A stretch of DNA of 64,000 nt from the NCBI GenBank assembly GCA_031403195.1, contig JANNSZ010000095.1:4681-68680 (forward strand). Direction: 5' to 3'. Made by a program: the position numbers and the translations under genes. The stretch comes from Planctomycetota bacterium (GTDB lineage Bacteria > Planctomycetota > Planctomycetia > Pirellulales > UBA1268). Positions 58,981 through 64,000 of the stretch are shown piece by piece. Within the stretch, counting starts at the first letter, position 1; each line of letters begins with the position of its first letter. Under the pieces are notes generated by a model. The model was given only the letters and a program-made list of their open reading frames with translations, did no database searches and was not told where the DNA came from.

Positions 58981-59409
58981 ATGCAAAAGACCAAACATCA
59001 CGAAGCTGTCGATGCCAATTTCGAGAAGCTCCTGGCCGAGATCGCAGAACGGCAGCGCACTCGTCTGGAGACCGCCAAGAACACGCTCAAGACGGACATC
59101 ATTCCTTCGCTCACAAAGTTGGGTGTCGCAGTCGTGCAGGCGTCGTATTCGGGCTACGGCGATTCAGGATGCGTGGACACGATCGACTACCTGGATGCCA
59201 ACAACAAGCCCATCGATATCGAGCCACTGGACCCAACCCTCGCCCCAAAGCTCGATCGGATCTTCCATGAGTTCTTGCCAGATGGTTTTGAGATCAACGA
59301 GGGCGGCCAAGGAGACATCACGCTCGAGGTCCAGAAGGGCGCCGTCACGATCGAGCACCAGGAGAACTTCGTCCAGCACACCGACAGCACCCAGGAGTAC
59401 ACGCTCTGA
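58981..59409 (+). CDS. Hypothetical protein (DUF6878-like)
   Basis: YSGYGDSG...GFEINEGGQG motifs; AAGGA Shine-Dalgarno before ATG 58981. Confidence 0.75.
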   Translation: MQKTKHHEAVDANFEKLLAEIAERQRTRLETAKNTLKTDIIPSLTKLGVAVVQASYSGYGDSGCVDTIDYLDANNKPIDIEPLDPTLAPKLDRIFHEFLPDGFEINEGGQGDITLEVQKGAVTIEHQENFVQHTDSTQEYTL

Positions 59410-59747
59410 TGGCGCACGCGTATCACCATGCCGTCAGCTCATCCCGCAAGTTCGGTGGCGAGCCTGACGAGTACCTCAAGTACCACGAATGGCTCGATGC
59501 TTCCAAGAGCCACATGGCGGACTTTCGACATCGGGCCCTACGGCATCACAGCGAGGGCATCTTCATGCTGGAGGCTCTCTTCGGCAGCACGATCACGCTC
59601 TCGACCGGCCGCATTCTCCCCGTGAGGTTCATCGGAGAGCAGCACGTGATCGAAGACTTGGGCCGTATCCCGACGGTTGCCGATTGGCTCGCGAAGATCC
59701 ACCCGGAGCCATGGATGCTGGGACGCGGTCATACGATCAGCGAGTAG
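59409..59747 (+). CDS. His-rich hypothetical protein (DUF6915-like)
   Basis: MAHAYHHAVSSSRKFGG..DEY..YHEWLDASK..D.RHRALRHH...EQHV.ED.G.IPT..DW. Confidence 0.8.
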   Translation: MAHAYHHAVSSSRKFGGEPDEYLKYHEWLDASKSHMADFRHRALRHHSEGIFMLEALFGSTITLSTGRILPVRFIGEQHVIEDLGRIPTVADWLAKIHPEPWMLGRGHTISE

Positions 59748-59814
59748 GTCAGCAGTGTGAAATTCCGGCGCCCGCTTTCCCTCGCCGGCAGCCAATCGGA
59801 CAGCAGACCGGCCA

Positions 59815-60110
59815 GAGTTGAGGTCGCGGCTCTGATATCAACTCGGACCTTAACTCTCGAGAACCCCCAAAAACAAGGGCTTTTTAGCAGAGTTAAGGAG
59901 TTGAGGTCATTCCCCGTTTCGCGAGCCCAATTCCGATTGCACCACACGACCGCCATAAAAAAGCCGCCGCCACCACGAACATGATTTCGGGCGGTCAATT
60001 CCGGCAAACACCTCAACTCCTTAACTACCAGCAAAATCCCCGTGAAAACGGCGCTTCTGCGAGTTGAGGTGGGAGTTGAGGTCGCCGAGGCACATTCACT
60101 CCTTAACTCT
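59815..60110. repeat. Second iteron/inverted-repeat structure (GAGTTRAG units)
   Basis: agttaaggagttgaggt versus acctcaactccttaact flanking a ~95-bp spacer; further GAGTTGAG/CTTAACTC units in both arms. Confidence 0.75.
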
Positions 60111-60216
60111 GCTGGCGGCGCTTCTCGGGCTCACGCTCCATCGCTTGCCCGGCACCTACTGGCCGTTCTTGCAGCGATCCATATCTACACCCATTCCACA
60201 CACCCTCGGAGTTCAC

Positions 60217-61770
60217 ATGCCCCGACCCAAGACCACCTCATCGACAACACCGCCCACCAACTCCTCTCTCACCACCCGCCTCCACGAACTCATCTCCGCG
60301 TGCTTCTCCGGTATCTGGATCACGACGCACGAACCGACCGAAGCCATACGCGACCTGACGACCTTGTGCCGCGCTGAATCCTGGCGGCTTGGTACCTGGG
60401 ACTGTGATCGCGGCATGACCTTCCCCTTCGAGCCCATCCAGATGCCCGGCGTGACCGATTCCCAAGATCCGCTCGCCGTCATTCGCTCGCTCCCAGATAT
60501 CGCCAACGGTTCCGGCACCACGCTCATCACCTTCGAGAACCTGCATCGCTTTCTCGGCTCAACAGAAATCATCCAGGCACTCGCTCGCCAACTTCATGTC
60601 GGCAAACAGACCCGATGCTTTGTCGTCGTGTTGGCTCCGGACATCCAACTGCCGCCCGAACTCGAAAAGCTGTTCACCGTGATCGACCATGAGCTACCCG
60701 GACATACCCAGCTCGAAAAGATCGCCAAGGAAATCGCCACTCAGGAGAACGAGCTGCCCACGGGTGACGATCTTGCCCGCGTGATCGAAGCCGCCAAGGG
60801 ACTGACCGCGAGCGAAGCCGAGAACGCCTACTCACTCTCGCTGGTCAGGCACGGCAGACTTGAGCCCGAAACGCTCTGGGAGCTGAAGAGCCAACAGCTA
60901 AAAAAGAGCGGCCTGGTTTCCCTTCACCGTGGCACCGAAAACTTCCAGCAACTTGGCGGCCTGGAAAACCTCAAGGCGTTCTGTCTCCGAGCGATGAGGA
61001 GGCAAGCGGGAACGACAGACGGCCCAACACCAAAGCCTCGCGGTGTCTTGCTCCTGTCGCCTCCTGGTTGCGGCAAATCTCAGTTCGCAAAAGCCCTCGG
61101 CAACGAAACGGGCCGGCCTACGGTTGTCCTCGATGTCGGTGCCTTGCTCGGTTCGCTCGTCGGTCAATCAGAGAGCAATGTCCGGGCGGCTTTGAAGCTG
61201 GCTGACGCGATGGCTCCCTGTGTCTTGTTCTGCGATGAGCTGGACAAAGCACTGGCTGGAGCTTCGTCATCCGGGCAGACAGACTCCGGCGTGACAGCTC
61301 GGGTCTTCGGCTCACTGCTCACCTGGCTCAATGATCACGAGAGCGATGTCTTCTTCGTTGGTACCTGCAATGACGCCTCGAAGTTGCCGCCCGAGTTCGC
61401 GAGAGCTGAGCGATTCGACGGCGTGTTCTTCGTAGACCTGCCTAGCCGTGATCAGAAGGACGCGATCTGGGGCATCTACCTGGGTGTGTATGGGCTCGAC
61501 GCGAAGCAGGCTCGGCCCAATGACGCCAACTGGACCGGGGCGGAGATCAAATCGTGCTGCCGTCTTGCCAGTCTGTTGGACGTGCCCCTGATCCAAGCCG
61601 CTCAAAACGTCGTGCCTGTTGCCGTGACTGCTGGCGACAAGGTTGAGAGTTTGCGGCAGTGGGCTTCCGGTCGGTGTTTGTCGGCGGATCGGGCGGGCGT
61701 CTATTCGCGGGATCAGGGCCCAGTGAATGGACGAGCGAGACGGGTGATGCGAGAGCCGGGGGTAAATTGA
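60217..61770 (+). CDS. AAA+ ATPase, Ycf46-like
   Basis: Inactive N-terminal AAA-like domain, LGGLENLK, PPGCGKS, FCDELDK, PPEFARAERFD, WTGAEI, LRQWA; GGAG Shine-Dalgarno. Confidence 0.9.
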   Translation: MPRPKTTSSTTPPTNSSLTTRLHELISACFSGIWITTHEPTEAIRDLTTLCRAESWRLGTWDCDRGMTFPFEPIQMPGVTDSQDPLAVIRSLPDIANGSGTTLITFENLHRFLGSTEIIQALARQLHVGKQTRCFVVVLAPDIQLPPELEKLFTVIDHELPGHTQLEKIAKEIATQENELPTGDDLARVIEAAKGLTASEAENAYSLSLVRHGRLEPETLWELKSQQLKKSGLVSLHRGTENFQQLGGLENLKAFCLRAMRRQAGTTDGPTPKPRGVLLLSPPGCGKSQFAKALGNETGRPTVVLDVGALLGSLVGQSESNVRAALKLADAMAPCVLFCDELDKALAGASSSGQTDSGVTARVFGSLLTWLNDHESDVFFVGTCNDASKLPPEFARAERFDGVFFVDLPSRDQKDAIWGIYLGVYGLDAKQARPNDANWTGAEIKSCCRLASLLDVPLIQAAQNVVPVAVTAGDKVESLRQWASGRCLSADRAGVYSRDQGPVNGRARRVMREPGVN

Positions 61771-62109
61771 GGCGGTGAAGTTGGTGGGTGCGGCGGCATC
61801 ATTCCCAAGTACTCCTTCGAGCCAGGATCGCTTCCCGCCGTTACGCCTTTCGGCCTGTGTGCGTCAGGGTGCCACATCGGTCTTCGGCCAAATCCGTCGG
61901 CGGATAATCTGCGGGGGCCATCTGATGTGTGCCGTATCGCAAGCGATCGCGGACGCCTAGCACTCGAATGCCTGCAGATTCAGACTGATGAAGTACTTCA
62001 AGCGGCCGGGGCATGACCCAACACTCTGGAGCGGGGACTCGCTTAGCATGTCCGATTACCGTACTGCCAAGCTTCAGACCGATTACCCAGGATTTATCGA
62101 GGTGCTTCA

Positions 62110-64000
62110 GTGAAGCTTCCCGGGCCGCCCACATCGCTGGTGGATGAGCTAGCACCATTTTCTCCAGTCGACCTGCTCACCAAATGCGCCGCTGCACAGT
62201 TGTGCCCAGATAACGCCCAGCGGCTCTTTCGACTGGAGCATCTAGCCATCAACGCCGCTTCGCTTCCCCGGGGACCAGATCGACCGTGCATGAGTGTGCC
62301 TCGGTATCGCCGATTGCTTGAAAGCGGCATGGGCGTCGATTTTCTGGAAGACCCATTTTCTGCGCCCTTAGTCGTACCTGTCGCATTTACCGGCGGAAGC
62401 TACCTCACACTTACCGGCCTGACAGAGCATCTGCGGCCGGGGGTCGACCTCTTGCTATCAGTTGCGATGGTGGCCGTCGACTTTGCGGGCACACGATTTC
62501 GTGACAGCATCGCCCATCCTTGCCAGGCACTTCTCCACCTCAGTGATGTAATGTGTTCTCTTGCTGGCCTTCGACGTGGGCAAGCACCGCCAACTGAGCC
62601 CAGGCTCGTTCTTCCCACTGGGGCTAGGCTGGCAGAACTTGCCCGAGCAGTGTCGTGGTCTGACGATCAGCTACGTGAGCTCTTTTCTGAGACAAACGTC
62701 TCGCCGACAGCATTGCATCACTTTGAGCTTCCGCTCGGTGCTCGCGTGCCGGAAAACACGGCACCCGGCTACGGGCCACTGCTCGAACGGCCCCTGATTC
62801 GCGATGGTCAAGGTGTTGTGATTGCACTCCCGCACGCACTGCTGACCGCCCTCTCACGGTATGTACTCGGCACCGCGCATGGCCACGGGCTCTTGAAGCC
62901 ACTGGCAGAAGCATTTCATGCAGCGGCGGTGGCCAGGGCCAGCCGTTGCCTGGATTCTATGGGGCTTCATGACTTGGCTGCCGAGCACATGACTGAGCCG
63001 TCCGCACCAGGACTCTCCGAGCAAATGCGATGGCTTGACACGGACAAACTTTTGCACGTGATTATGGTTTCGGATGACCTGAAGACGTACACGCGAGATC
63101 ATCCGTTTGGCGAGGGCCACTTCCCGCCAGGAGTGGAACTAGAACGCCGGTTCCGAATCGGGCTCGACCGTGCCAAGGCGAGTAGGACTCCCCCCGCGAG
63201 ATTCTCGGACTAGTCGTTGTGTGCGGGGTTTCTAGGTCCGCCATGATCGACATGAATCGAGGAGAGGATGACCAGCAGGTCTTGCTTATGAGCCTTGAGG
63301 AGCTCGATGCCTTAAGCGTTTTGGAACCAAGCAACCCGCTCTATTTGTGGCACTTCTCTCGTGCCAGGGAACGATTTCGCAAATCGTCGGCGATCCTTGC
63401 ATTCTCGGTCTCTGACGAGCTGTTTTTCTACCGGAAGTACGACTCGAGCTTTTATTTGGGCGACACTCCAGTGCCGACTCTTGCATCCTTTCAGCCAAAC
63501 GCTGGTGATTCGCTGTTTCTAGAAGCCCAAACGAAACTTGATCCGCACGCTCTTCCAGCTATTCAAGGTGGGTTTTGCGAGTGCGTCCGAGTCTTCCCAG
63601 ACTCTTCCATTCCGGTGTATGCCCCGAGGGTACCCTCAGCCGCCGAGCGCGCACACTGCATCGAGGTTGAAGGCGGTGCCATCTGGGTCTATACACGGCT
63701 CCCGCAGCCGTCATCCGTGTCGCTCGCTCACACGATGGCGTGTCGCCTGGTAGAGTCACTCGCTTTCTGGCTGGGACGAATGGCAAATGAGTCCTTCGTG
63801 CGAGCGTCTGGCGCCAATCGTGCTCGCATTGAGGTCTGCGTCATTGCCCCGGATCAGTGGATCTACCCGTGTGTAGCACCGTCGGTCGCAGCCGTTGATC
63901 CGGGCATCGCTGTGTCAGTTATTGATGAGCGATCGCTTCGTGTGGAGTTTCCCCCGGAAGCCATGTCTCTCATCTGCGGCGCTCGCTACTACGAAGAGCG
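62110..64000 (+). pseudogene. Large hypothetical cargo gene, frameshifted at the C6 tract 63190-63195 and running off the window
   Basis: ORF 62110-63213 stops just after the C6 run; the -1 frame (REILGLVVVCG...LYLWHFSRARERF...) is open from the tract to base 64000. Confidence 0.7.

Overview
High-GC bacterial chromosome segment. Gene content points to a Planctomycete (Pirellulales-like): PQQ-like propellers, DUF1080, FGE-sulfatase paralogues and tetrahydromethanopterin biosynthesis genes. Bases 1-46.7 kb are mostly housekeeping genes (moeA, thyX, P-II, smpB, purH, trpC, cysC, amtB, pabA/pabB, mptG, dapA, PNP, surE, ftsH, ndk, ppaC, pyrF), interspersed with at least six copies of a ~100-bp three-hairpin intergenic repeat plus loop-conserved variants. 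A tRNA-Pro(GGG) at 46734-46808 is followed by an integrative element that runs off the right edge. It encodes a tyrosine integrase, an excisionase-like protein behind a (GT)27 tract, an HTH protein and a 469-aa wHTH protein bracketed by perfect 23-bp inverted repeats. It also has its own replisome (AEP primase with Zn finger, P-loop ATPase/helicase, family A DNA polymerase with an atypical motif B), two architecturally similar ~300-bp iteron/inverted-repeat structures, a DUF1257-DUF2997-AAA (Ycf46-like) module and a large cargo gene frameshifted at a C6 tract. No capsid, terminase or conjugation genes are visible. This PolA-encoding, possibly self-replicating integrative element is the best candidate for an undescribed system. 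Family and DUF names come from motif recognition and recall, not database searches.
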